NCBI GenBank assembly: GCA_043809745.1
Contig: JBDROU010000046.1
Location: forward strand, 1,733 to 65,732
DNA from: a bacterium
GTDB taxonomy: Bacteria; Elusimicrobiota; JBDRMW01; JBDROU01
Direction of reading: 5' to 3'
Length of the DNA: 64,000 nt
A program made the translations under genes and the position numbers. The notes below the pieces were generated by a model, which had not been told where the DNA came from, did no database searches, and saw nothing but the letters and a program-made list of their open reading frames with translations. Below are positions 56,266 to 64,000 of this stretch, in pieces; position 1 is the first letter of the stretch; every line of letters begins with the position of its first letter.

Positions 56266-57247
56266 CTGCCTTATTATTATTATTCCGCGACTTCGATATA
56301 GATGAATATTTCATTATATCCAGTAATTTTTTGTTTAATTCCCTGCCTGTGAACAGCCCCTTATTGCGCAAACGTTGATTGAGAGCAGCAATCTCAATGA
56401 GTACTGCCAGATTCCTGCCCGGATATATTGGGATGTTCAGTATTGGAACTTTTATTCCCAGAATCTCTGTTTCTTTTTGCTCCAGCCCTAAACGATCATA
56501 TTCTTTCTTTGGATTCCACATCTCCAGATGTACCACAAGTTCAATTTTATAAGAATCAAGTATTGTTCCAACACCAAATATATTTCTAATGTCAATTATT
56601 CCTAACCCTCTTACTTCCATATGATGCCGTATTACTTCATCACCCGAACCAATCAAAAGCCCTCCTGAACGATGTCTGATCTCTACTACATCGTCCGCAA
56701 CTATCATATGCCCTCTTTTTAACAGCTCAAGAGCACATTCAGATTTGCCTATCCCGGATACACCTGTTATCAGCACTCCCAGTCCATATATGTAGACCAG
56801 AACACCGTGAATAGTGGTAAACGGAGCCAGATTTTCTTCAAGGAATACAGTGACCTCGCTTACAAAATTAGCGGTATCTAACGACGTTTTAAATATTGGC
56901 ACATTTTTTTTATTGCAAATTTGTATTACTTCCCAATGCGGTCTCAGATTGCGGGTGAAGAACAGACATGGCAGGGCATCATAATTGAGCATCATGCTGA
57001 AAACTTCTCTGACCTTTTTTTTAGGCAGAGAGTTTATGTATGAATGCTCTCCTTTTCCAAATACCTGAACGCGCTCTGCGCGAAAAAAATCAAAAAAACC
57101 AGCCAGGACCAAGCCGGGCCTATTAATTTCAGAAACTGTTATTTTGCGCTTTAGCCCCTTAGATCCTCCGATAAGCTGCAATTTTAACTGATCTTTTTTA
57201 TCCGCGCTATACAACTTACTAACAGTTAGAACATTTTCCCCTAGCAT
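56252..57247 (-). CDS. hprK: HPr kinase/phosphorylase
   Basis: 'GVLITGVSGIGKSECALEL' P-loop and 'GHMIVADD' / 'LEVRGLGIIDI' HprK C-domain motifs. Confidence 0.9.
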   Translation of the reverse strand: MLGENVLTVSKLYSADKKDQLKLQLIGGSKGLKRKITVSEINRPGLVLAGFFDFFRAERVQVFGKGEHSYINSLPKKKVREVFSMMLNYDALPCLFFTRNLRPHWEVIQICNKKNVPIFKTSLDTANFVSEVTVFLEENLAPFTTIHGVLVYIYGLGVLITGVSGIGKSECALELLKRGHMIVADDVVEIRHRSGGLLIGSGDEVIRHHMEVRGLGIIDIRNIFGVGTILDSYKIELVVHLEMWNPKKEYDRLGLEQKETEILGIKVPILNIPIYPGRNLAVLIEIAALNQRLRNKGLFTGRELNKKLLDIMKYSSISKSRNNNNKADVDV

Positions 57248-57699
57248 TCATCCTCTTCTTTAATTATTTTAAGTATCTCTTCACTGCTCTTTGCTTCCCT
57301 CAAAGCCTGCCTAAAAAACTTATCCTTTAGCAACCTCGAAATTTTTGCCAACGCCTTCAAATGAACTCCGGCTGAATCATGAGGAGCAACGAGCAGAAAG
57401 ATTAGGTTTACGGGTTCCCCATCGAGCGCATCGAAATCTATACCTTTTTTTGATATTCCAAACGCAGCTAGTATATTAGCTATAGAATCAGATTTACCGT
57501 GAGGAATGGCTATTCCCTGCCCGATCCCGGTTGAACCCAAACTCTCCCGATCCATCAATATCTTAACTATCTTATCGGTATCCTTAATCTTTTTTCCCTT
57601 TGACAGCAACTGAACAAGCTCTTTTATGGATTCTTTTTTAGTCTGACATTGAAGATCCACAGAAATCGAATCAACATTTAAAAAATCTCTAATTTTCAT
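57241..57699 (-). CDS. ptsN: PTS EIIA-Ntr (fructose-family EIIA, PtsN)
   Basis: 'GIAIPHGKSD' active-site His region. 152 aa. Confidence 0.85.
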   Translation of the reverse strand: MKIRDFLNVDSISVDLQCQTKKESIKELVQLLSKGKKIKDTDKIVKILMDRESLGSTGIGQGIAIPHGKSDSIANILAAFGISKKGIDFDALDGEPVNLIFLLVAPHDSAGVHLKALAKISRLLKDKFFRQALREAKSSEEILKIIKEEDEC

Positions 57700-57857
57700 A
57701 GTTTAATCCCTCCCAGGAGTGTCTATTATAAGTTATTTTTTTATAACGTTATTAACAGAAAATATATAAAATTTAGCGCCTATAGTCAATGAAGTTAAAA
57801 TTCAAAAAAATATATTAGAATTTATCTAGTAATTTAATTTAGTGTAATTAAGCGAAC

Positions 57858-58574
57858 TTACATGCGAAATTTTTGGCCTAGATATACCCTTCTCGCCTCA
57901 GAATTTGAAAGCAAATCCTTAGAAGTCCCCTCCAGAAGCACCCTGCCCTCATATACTATATATGCTCTATCGATTATCTCCAAAGTTTCACGCACATTAT
58001 GATCAGTGATAAGTATCCCAAGTCCTTTATCCCTTAATTGCGCAATTATCGATTGTATATCATGCACAGCTATAGGATCTATACCAACAAATGGCTCGTC
58101 CAAAAGTAAAAAAGAAGGCTGGGTAACCAAAGTCCTTGCAATTTCGCAACGCCTCTTTTCACCGCCCGAAAGCGTCGCAGATTTCTGGTCTGCCAGATGA
58201 GTAAGCCCGAGTTCACTTAAGAGCATATCCGCCCTCTTTAACTTTTCATCTTTAGGAATATTGCTAAATTCCAAAATAGCCATTAGATTATCTCTTACAC
58301 TGAGATTTCTGAAAATTGATGGTTCCTGAGAAAGATAACCTATTCCAAGCCTAGATCTCATATACATTGGTATGTCATTAATTATTTTATCATCCAAAAG
58401 CACATTCCCTTTTAGTGATTTAAGAAGTCCTACAATCATATAGAATGTGGTTGTTTTACCCGCACCGTTGGGACCAAGCAGGCCTACAATTTCACCTCTG
58501 TTAACGAACATGCTTACTTCATTAACAACTCTCTTACGCCCATAATATTTACTTAATTTTTCCGCTCGAAGCAC
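57858..58574 (-). CDS. lptB: LPS export ABC transporter ATPase LptB
   Basis: 'GLLGPNGAGKTTTF', 'LSGGEKRR' and 'LLLDEPF'. The GTG start at 58574 with a GGGGAGGAAAG RBS avoids the 68-nt overlap with lptA that the track ORF implies. Confidence 0.9.
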   Translation of the reverse strand: MLRAEKLSKYYGRKRVVNEVSMFVNRGEIVGLLGPNGAGKTTTFYMIVGLLKSLKGNVLLDDKIINDIPMYMRSRLGIGYLSQEPSIFRNLSVRDNLMAILEFSNIPKDEKLKRADMLLSELGLTHLADQKSATLSGGEKRRCEIARTLVTQPSFLLLDEPFVGIDPIAVHDIQSIIAQLRDKGLGILITDHNVRETLEIIDRAYIVYEGRVLLEGTSKDLLSNSEARRVYLGQKFRM

Positions 58575-59256
58575 TTTTCTTTCCTCCCCAAACAATACCT
58601 TCCACGCTGCGATCAAGCAGCAGTGTTTCTGTATTTAGAAGAATTGTTATCTTGTCGCTGTTAAAATAATTAACACCGCTGTCATCTATCATAACAATCA
58701 ACGGTTTATCGCCTGTCATTACAACCACTTCTTTTTTCTGATCGTATTCGGCGCGATCCGACCAAATGTCCATATTGCTGTTTGCTAAATACACATTACC
58801 CAAAGCCTTTACATATCCTTTTTTCTCATAAAACTTTATCTCATCTGCATACAAGAACAACGCATCAGCGTCTTCTCCACTGCCTCTAATTATTGCCTTT
58901 GGGAATCCATAAAGAGTTCCCTGCTGTGAGCTTCTGTCGTAACGAGCGCTTGAACCAAAGGCTTCAATTACATCTCCTTCTTCCTGAACAAAAAATATTC
59001 TAATATTCCCTTCTATAATAATCTCTTCTGTTTCCTCATTGTATATAGCTTCTGAGGCTTTTAACCAACTCTTTCCTTTTTTCATCAAAACACCATCTTT
59101 GTAAATAGTAAGCATTCCCTTATGTCTGAATTCCATATTGTTTCCGGTAATAACAGCCTTCTCTTCCTCCTTTGCGTGCAAGAATAAATTGGACTGAAGA
59201 CTAAACATCAACGCGATCAACATCAATACAAATTTTGTCAGCATATTACTTTTCAT
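58549..59256 (-). CDS. lptA: LPS transport periplasmic protein LptA
   Basis: Signal peptide and OstA_N-like beta-jellyroll 'ITGNNMEF...IIEGNIRI'. Located between lptC and lptB. Confidence 0.75.
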   Translation of the reverse strand: MKSNMLTKFVLMLIALMFSLQSNLFLHAKEEEKAVITGNNMEFRHKGMLTIYKDGVLMKKGKSWLKASEAIYNEETEEIIIEGNIRIFFVQEEGDVIEAFGSSARYDRSSQQGTLYGFPKAIIRGSGEDADALFLYADEIKFYEKKGYVKALGNVYLANSNMDIWSDRAEYDQKKEVVVMTGDKPLIVMIDDSGVNYFNSDKITILLNTETLLLDRSVEGIVWGGKKSASSGKIK

Positions 59257-59818
59257 TACTAATCTCGGTAATATTATCCTTTATTTCAATAACCTGTAAT
59301 CCTACATCGGATTCGAACCCAACCCCATTAGTTATCATATTGTGCCTGATAATAGATACAGGCTTATCAGAATATATTTGCTTCTTTTCAATATCGTAAT
59401 ACACTTCTTCCGTTTTGATAACAGTTCCTTCTTTCTTGGAATCTATTACAACATCTCCCCACATAATTATTTCATTTTTATCCTGATCAACCTTACCGGA
59501 TTTGGCGGAAACCATGGAACCTTCTTTATCTTCTTCAAAGAAACGTATCGAAGGCATCTCTAAGAGCGCCACACTACTTTGTTCATAAAGGCGCGCTTTT
59601 GCGGCTGTTAAAACCCAAACCTTTTTGCCGCCTTCTCGATTAGCCATAGTAAATTCTTTGATTACCTGCTTAGGCTTCTCTCCATTTTTATATAGAGTAT
59701 TGCTGCCTTTCTCCTGACAAGAGATTAAAAGAAAAAGCAGTAAGCAGAATCCCAGAATAGCAATTGGACACATGCCAATTACGGTTCTAAGGTAAAAATT
59801 TATTCCTTTGTTTTCCAT
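59246..59818 (-). CDS. lptC: LPS export system protein LptC
   Basis: N-terminal TM anchor, about 190 aa periplasmic beta-jellyroll. Canonical position upstream of lptA. Confidence 0.7.
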   Translation of the reverse strand: MENKGINFYLRTVIGMCPIAILGFCLLLFLLISCQEKGSNTLYKNGEKPKQVIKEFTMANREGGKKVWVLTAAKARLYEQSSVALLEMPSIRFFEEDKEGSMVSAKSGKVDQDKNEIIMWGDVVIDSKKEGTVIKTEEVYYDIEKKQIYSDKPVSIIRHNMITNGVGFESDVGLQVIEIKDNITEISNEK

Positions 59819-60723
59819 CGATTATGCATCCATACCCATTGATCCGGGAATTCTCTAACAATATCCTCAACTATGTTTGTGAAGTTCTGCGTATTAATAA
59901 GTACATCTTGTTCTCTGTCCCCGGTTCTAACTAAATGCAATGGAGAGCTTACTCTTAATGTATGCTTCTTATCTCCTCTAATTAAAAATCCGCTTACCAC
60001 TGGCGTATTACTTCTTAATGCTAAAGTCGCTAATCCTATTGTGGTATGCGCTTTTCTGTTGAAATAATTTACAAAGATTCCTGCGACTTTTGTGTCCTGA
60101 TCAATCAGTATACCAATTACCTCGTTTTTCTTTAATGCTCTAATAATATCCCGCGGTGAGCTTTCTTGAGATCTTAATATAACTTTCATGCCAACCGTTT
60201 CTCTAAGCGAAACAAGCAGCTTATTTATACCCTCAATATAAATCTTCCGCGCGATAACATTAATCGGAAATCCCCAAATGGACAAACTCCCGCCCATTAA
60301 CTCCCAGTTGCCGAAATGCGCTGTAAGGTATAATACCCCCTTGCCAAAAGACAGCGCCTTTTCAAGATTAGCCCTATCAGGAAAATCAACAAGACTGTTA
60401 ACCTTATTGAGATTTAACGAAGGAAACTTAAAAAGTTCAAAAAGGTTTTTCCCCTGATTAACAAAACTTTTTTTTGCGATCTGCTTTATCCTTTCCAACT
60501 TAAAATCCGGAAAGGCAATACTTAAATTATTTATGGCCTGCTTTCTAGCATTTGCTATTAAATAGTAAATTAATAATCCTAATGCCCCTCCGACTTTTGA
60601 ACAAAAACGAAAAGGAAACAAGAAACAGATATAAAAAGCCCCCCAAGCAAGAACAGCAAGAATATGCCTAAAAATTAATCTCAAAAATCTCACTTTAAAT
60701 ATTCTTTCACAATACGGCGCCAT
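59800..60723 (-). CDS. Lipid A biosynthesis late acyltransferase (LpxL/HtrB family)
   Basis: N-terminal TM. '...NLSIAFPDFKLERIKQI...' and 'THFGNWELMG' (H(X)4E-like acyltransferase motif). Confidence 0.75.
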   Translation of the reverse strand: MAPYCERIFKVRFLRLIFRHILAVLAWGAFYICFLFPFRFCSKVGGALGLLIYYLIANARKQAINNLSIAFPDFKLERIKQIAKKSFVNQGKNLFELFKFPSLNLNKVNSLVDFPDRANLEKALSFGKGVLYLTAHFGNWELMGGSLSIWGFPINVIARKIYIEGINKLLVSLRETVGMKVILRSQESSPRDIIRALKKNEVIGILIDQDTKVAGIFVNYFNRKAHTTIGLATLALRSNTPVVSGFLIRGDKKHTLRVSSPLHLVRTGDREQDVLINTQNFTNIVEDIVREFPDQWVWMHNRWKTKE

Positions 60724-61226
60724 TTTCCCTGGCTTTTAAGTATTACCTCAAGGACCTCGCGAAAAACACCTCTGCCCCCTTTGCAATCAGAAACAAAATG
60801 CACATTATTTTTGACCTCGCTAACCGCATCTGAAGGAGAAGCGGCAAAACCCACCTTTGTAAGCAACGGCAAATCAATTAAATCATCTCCAATATATGCA
60901 ATGTCTTGGGGTGATAGAGAAAATCTCTCACACAAATTATCCAATATCTGTCCTTTATTCAGCACATTCTTATAAAGAGCGTCGATACCTATCTCATCTG
61001 CTCTGTCTCTGATCTGCTGGGAGCTTCTTCCGGTAATCCAGGCAAATCTTAAATTCAAATCAAACACCTTCGCAAAGTGAAAAGCTATTCGATCTTTGAC
61101 ATTCCAAAATTTAACTTCCTGGCCGTCCTGAAGAATTATAATCTCTCCGCCGGTTAAAACACCATCTATATCCATGGCAATCAGTTTAATCTTTTTGGCG
61201 CGTTTAACGATTTCTTTTTTATTCAT
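60690..61226 (-). CDS. kdsC: 3-deoxy-D-manno-octulosonate 8-phosphate phosphatase
   Basis: 'IKLIAMDIDGVLTGG' HAD motif I and 'YIGDDLIDLP' motif III. Confidence 0.85.
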   Translation of the reverse strand: MNKKEIVKRAKKIKLIAMDIDGVLTGGEIIILQDGQEVKFWNVKDRIAFHFAKVFDLNLRFAWITGRSSQQIRDRADEIGIDALYKNVLNKGQILDNLCERFSLSPQDIAYIGDDLIDLPLLTKVGFAASPSDAVSEVKNNVHFVSDCKGGRGVFREVLEVILKSQGKWRRIVKEYLK

Positions 61227-61292
61227 ATCAAATCCAAAACTTTAATATTTATTTTTACTTGAAACCCCGGAACCGAAATTGGTCTAGTAACT

Positions 61293-61535
61293 TTATTTTA
61301 GCCAAGGGGTCATTTCAGGAGATATCTGCCTTTGATTATATGGAGGCGGTAATCTTTCCAGCGCAAAACAGGTAGCAAAATAGCCTATGATCACCGCAAC
61401 GTAAATAATTAGGAGTGTCTTAATGTGCCATCTCCAAGTAGGCATCCATAATGTTTCATAAATAAATTCTCTGCCGCATTTTTTGCAGTTTTTTGCGCTC
61501 TCTTTATTCTCAGTTCCACATTTTTCACATTTCAT
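61293..61535 (-). CDS. Small zinc-ribbon membrane protein (80 aa)
   Basis: 'MKCEKCGTENKESAKNCKKCG' (CxxC...CxxC) then TM 'LLIIYVAVIIGYFATCFAL'. Its start overlaps the kdsA stop (ATGA). Confidence 0.4.
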   Translation of the reverse strand: MKCEKCGTENKESAKNCKKCGREFIYETLWMPTWRWHIKTLLIIYVAVIIGYFATCFALERLPPPYNQRQISPEMTPWLK

Positions 61536-62323
61536 TTTATTCCCCCAGTCCTTAATCTATCAAGTTTTACTACTTGCTGTAAAAGTGTTTTAAACTCCTT
61601 TAGATTTAGTGTTGTTGCGGCGTCTGACAAGGCTTTGTCGGGTTCGGGATGCACCTCAATAAAGAAACCATCTACCCCTACACCCGTGGCAGCTCTAGAA
61701 AGAGCAAACGCAAACTCTCTCTGCCCGCCGGAAGAATTTCCCATACCACCGGGCAGCTGCAGAGAATGCGTAACATCAAATATCACTTTACAATTGAATC
61801 TTTTCATATATTCGAGCGAAACCATATCCACAATCAGGCGATTATAGCCGAAGCTGCTGCCTCTCTCTGTAACCCAAATACTCTTACTCCCAACAGATCG
61901 TGCTTTTTCTACAATATGTTCCATATCCCAGGGCGCTAAAAACTGTCCCTTTTTAATGTTAACAGTTTTTTTTGTAGAGGCTGCGGCAACTATTAAGTCC
62001 GTCTGCCTGCAAAGGAAAGCCGGAATTTGCAAAATATCAACCACATTTGAAACCTCTCTAACCTGAGCGGTTTCATGAACATCGGTAATTAATTTACAGC
62101 AAAATGTTGATTTTATTTTTTCCAGTATTTTAAGCCCCTGCTTTAATCCCGGACCTCTAAATGAATCCTTTGATAATCTATTTGCTTTATCAAAAGAAGC
62201 TTTGAATACCCATTCTACATTAAAACCTGCAAGTATATCCTTTAACCTTTTTGCAATTTCCATTGTCCTTTTCTCATTCTCAATAACGCAGGGCCCGCAT
62301 ATTACAGTAAGCTTTTTACTCAT
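61532..62323 (-). CDS. kdsA: 2-dehydro-3-deoxyphosphooctonate aldolase (KDO-8-P synthase)
   Basis: 'VICGPCVIENE' and 'KASFDKANR' are DAHP/KDO8P synthase family signatures. Confidence 0.9.
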   Translation of the reverse strand: MSKKLTVICGPCVIENEKRTMEIAKRLKDILAGFNVEWVFKASFDKANRLSKDSFRGPGLKQGLKILEKIKSTFCCKLITDVHETAQVREVSNVVDILQIPAFLCRQTDLIVAAASTKKTVNIKKGQFLAPWDMEHIVEKARSVGSKSIWVTERGSSFGYNRLIVDMVSLEYMKRFNCKVIFDVTHSLQLPGGMGNSSGGQREFAFALSRAATGVGVDGFFIEVHPEPDKALSDAATTLNLKEFKTLLQQVVKLDRLRTGGIK

Positions 62324-63072
62324 TAGTTCCCTCTCAAATGTTTTTTTACCTTACTTAAATCACCATAAACATCAACTCCGATGGAATCGAAACTGCCTCT
62401 TATCACATTTATATTCTTGCCCGAGTACAAATACTTTAACTGCTCAAGTTTTTCAGCTTCGCCGATCCATGATTCAGCGAAATCATTCGTCTTTAAGAGA
62501 AATTCTTTTTTATACGCGTAAATACCTATATGCTTTAAGTACCTTTTCTTTTTTAAATATTCTGATATTTTTTTTCTATCCCTTGAATACGGTATCGCCC
62601 AGCGCGAGAAATATAACGCGCAGTCATTACTGTCCAGAATTACTTTAACTATATTTGGATCATTCAAATCTTTCATAGAAATTAAAGGGCAAGCAAGCGT
62701 AGCAAATTCAACATTCTTATTATTCTTAACGAATTCTATCAGCATCTTAACACCCTTTATTGAAAAGTTTGGTTCGTCCGCCTGTATGTTAATAATCCAG
62801 TCTGCTGATATCTTTCGAGCTACTTCTCTCACCCTCGCTGTTCCATCAGCGCACTTCTTTGAAGTAAGCTCAACGCAAGCACCATACTTCTCCATTATAT
62901 TCTTTACCTTAACATCATCAACAGCCAGTATAACATCTTCGCTATTTGATAAAACCCTGACCGCTCGTTTCCAAGTCCACCACAACATAGGTTTCCCAAA
63001 AATATCAGCTAAGATCTTTTTCGGAAGACGTGTTGATCCAAGTCTTGCAGGAATAACAATTTTAAGCTTCAT
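62323..63072 (-). CDS. kdsB: 3-deoxy-manno-octulosonate cytidylyltransferase
   Basis: 'IVIPARLGSTRLPKK' and 'IINIQADEP'. Confidence 0.9.
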   Translation of the reverse strand: MKLKIVIPARLGSTRLPKKILADIFGKPMLWWTWKRAVRVLSNSEDVILAVDDVKVKNIMEKYGACVELTSKKCADGTARVREVARKISADWIINIQADEPNFSIKGVKMLIEFVKNNKNVEFATLACPLISMKDLNDPNIVKVILDSNDCALYFSRWAIPYSRDRKKISEYLKKKRYLKHIGIYAYKKEFLLKTNDFAESWIGEAEKLEQLKYLYSGKNINVIRGSFDSIGVDVYGDLSKVKKHLRGN

Positions 63073-63099
63073 CTGTTAACGCTTATCTTTCGAGATCTC

Positions 63100-64000
63100 T
63101 CAATTCATCCAATCTATTAATTCTTTCTGCGTTGCAGTCGCAGTCCCGATCTTTCCAACAACTATACCGCCGGCAATATTGCTTAAATAAGCGCTTTCTG
63201 TAAGTGTAGCCCCACTGACAAATGCCAATGTAAAAACACTTATTACCGTATCCCCTGCACCAGTTACATCGAATACTTCCTTTGCCACAGTAGGCAGATG
63301 CGATACACGGTTCCCACTATCGAAAAGGCTCATCCCATGTTCGCCCCTGGTTATCAATACAGATTTTGCCTTCAGTTTTTTAACAATTAACCGCCCCAAC
63401 TGTTCAAGATCTTTCTTATTTGATACGCTCCTGAAAAACATACCTTCTAATGCTTCTTTAAGATTAGGTGTTATGCAAGTAACATGTTTATACATTTGAA
63501 AGTGTTCTATCTTGGGATCAACCATAATAGGTATCTGCTTTTTTCTGCATAGGGGCAGTATTACAGACAAAACATCCTTATTTATTACACCTTTTCCATA
63601 ATCCGATATAATTACCGCATCAACAGAATGAATTTCGGACTTAAATTTATCGATAATATTATTAATCAATTTTTTTGAAGATCCCCTTGTCTTCTCCCAA
63701 TCAACCCTAACAAGCTGCTGGCTTCCCGCAATAATCCTTGTTTTCTGAATTGTCGTTGAACCTGAATCTTCGTAAAGAGTCTGCGGTTTTACACCCCTGC
63801 TTTTTAGATTTTCTTTGAGAAATCTTCCGTATAAATCCTTTCCTATAACACCCACTATTGAACAACTTGATCCTAAAGCAACCAGATTATTGACTACATT
63901 CCCGGCGCCACCCAAATGCAAAGTCTCCTTCTCAACCTTTACAACAGGCACAGGCGCTTCCGGGGATATCCTGCTGACCTTTCCCCAAATGAAACGATCA
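63100..64000 (-). CDS. hldE: D-glycero-beta-D-manno-heptose-7-phosphate kinase (HldE/RfaE domain I), 5' end beyond the window
   Basis: Frame is open to the window edge: '...DRFIWGKVSRISPEAPVPVVKVEKE...GGAGNVVNNL...DVTGAGDT'. Ribokinase-like fold. The track's GTG start at 63951 is internal. Confidence 0.8.
   Translation of the reverse strand, partial: DRFIWGKVSRISPEAPVPVVKVEKETLHLGGAGNVVNNLVALGSSCSIVGVIGKDLYGRFLKENLKSRGVKPQTLYEDSGSTTIQKTRIIAGSQQLVRVDWEKTRGSSKKLINNIIDKFKSEIHSVDAVIISDYGKGVINKDVLSVILPLCRKKQIPIMVDPKIEHFQMYKHVTCITPNLKEALEGMFFRSVSNKKDLEQLGRLIVKKLKAKSVLITRGEHGMSLFDSGNRVSHLPTVAKEVFDVTGAGDTVISVFTLAFVSGATLTESAYLSNIAGGIVVGKIGTATATQKELIDWMN

Noticed and set aside
63951-63951. GTG start for hldE proposed by the track
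   Set aside because: The frame stays open to the window edge and the upstream translation (DRFIWGKVSRISPEAPV) matches the conserved RfaE N-terminus. The gene is truncated by the window, not starting here.
1-64000. CRISPR arrays, transposases, integrases, toxin-antitoxin or classical defence genes
   Set aside because: No direct-repeat/spacer periodicity and no DDE/tyrosine-recombinase, nuclease-NTPase defence signatures were seen. The only repeats are the inverted-repeat structures reported above.

Overview
AT-rich (~36% GC) diderm bacterial chromosome segment that uses ATG, GTG and TTG starts. It is densely coded and largely housekeeping, with three accessory-looking islands.

- **1-17 kb: type II secretion locus.** A complete T2SS operon (small MerR-like HTH, exeA/gspA, gspC-like, gspD, E, F, G, H, I, J, K, L, M) is transcribed divergently from a signal-peptide-bearing GH77+GH133 glycogen-debranching-type enzyme and two small secreted proteins. 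This mirrors the pulA/pul layout. All four secreted proteins around the operon share a '[FLM]LAP[PA]' motif a few residues after the predicted signal-peptidase site.
- **17-35 kb: housekeeping.** Orphan OmpR regulator, uvrB, capA-like, surE, then a dcw cluster (mraZ-rsmH-ftsL-ftsI-murE-murF-mraY-murD-ftsW-murG). The mra promoter carries phased 10-bp AGTG/CACT repeats that look like an MraZ operator. An RNase P RNA gene (rnpB) that the ORF track does not show, rnhA, a COG1579 zinc-ribbon protein and tRNA-Val follow.
- **35.8-43 kb: unusual 5-gene minus-strand locus.** It encodes a FadL/PorV-like outer-membrane barrel, a protein with a T9SS type-B-like C-terminal domain ('TPNSDGYNDF'), a chaperone-like periplasmic protein, and a 1047-aa clan GH-A glycosidase. 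The glycosidase's ~220-aa C-terminal domain is duplicated as a stand-alone 248-aa secreted protein upstream.
- **43.4-64 kb: one 20-kb minus-strand block.** hldE (partial)-kdsB-kdsA-kdsC-lpxL-lptCAB sits directly next to ptsN-hprK-rapZ, with no rpoN or hpf in between. A complete mannose-family PTS (EIIA, B, C, D), HPr and EI follow, interrupted by two GH57 alpha-glucan enzymes (a branching-enzyme-like protein and a 4-alpha-glucanotransferase). lepA-lepB-hemW close the block.

Several long inverted-repeat structures lie in intergenic regions. No CRISPR array, transposase or integrase was seen.
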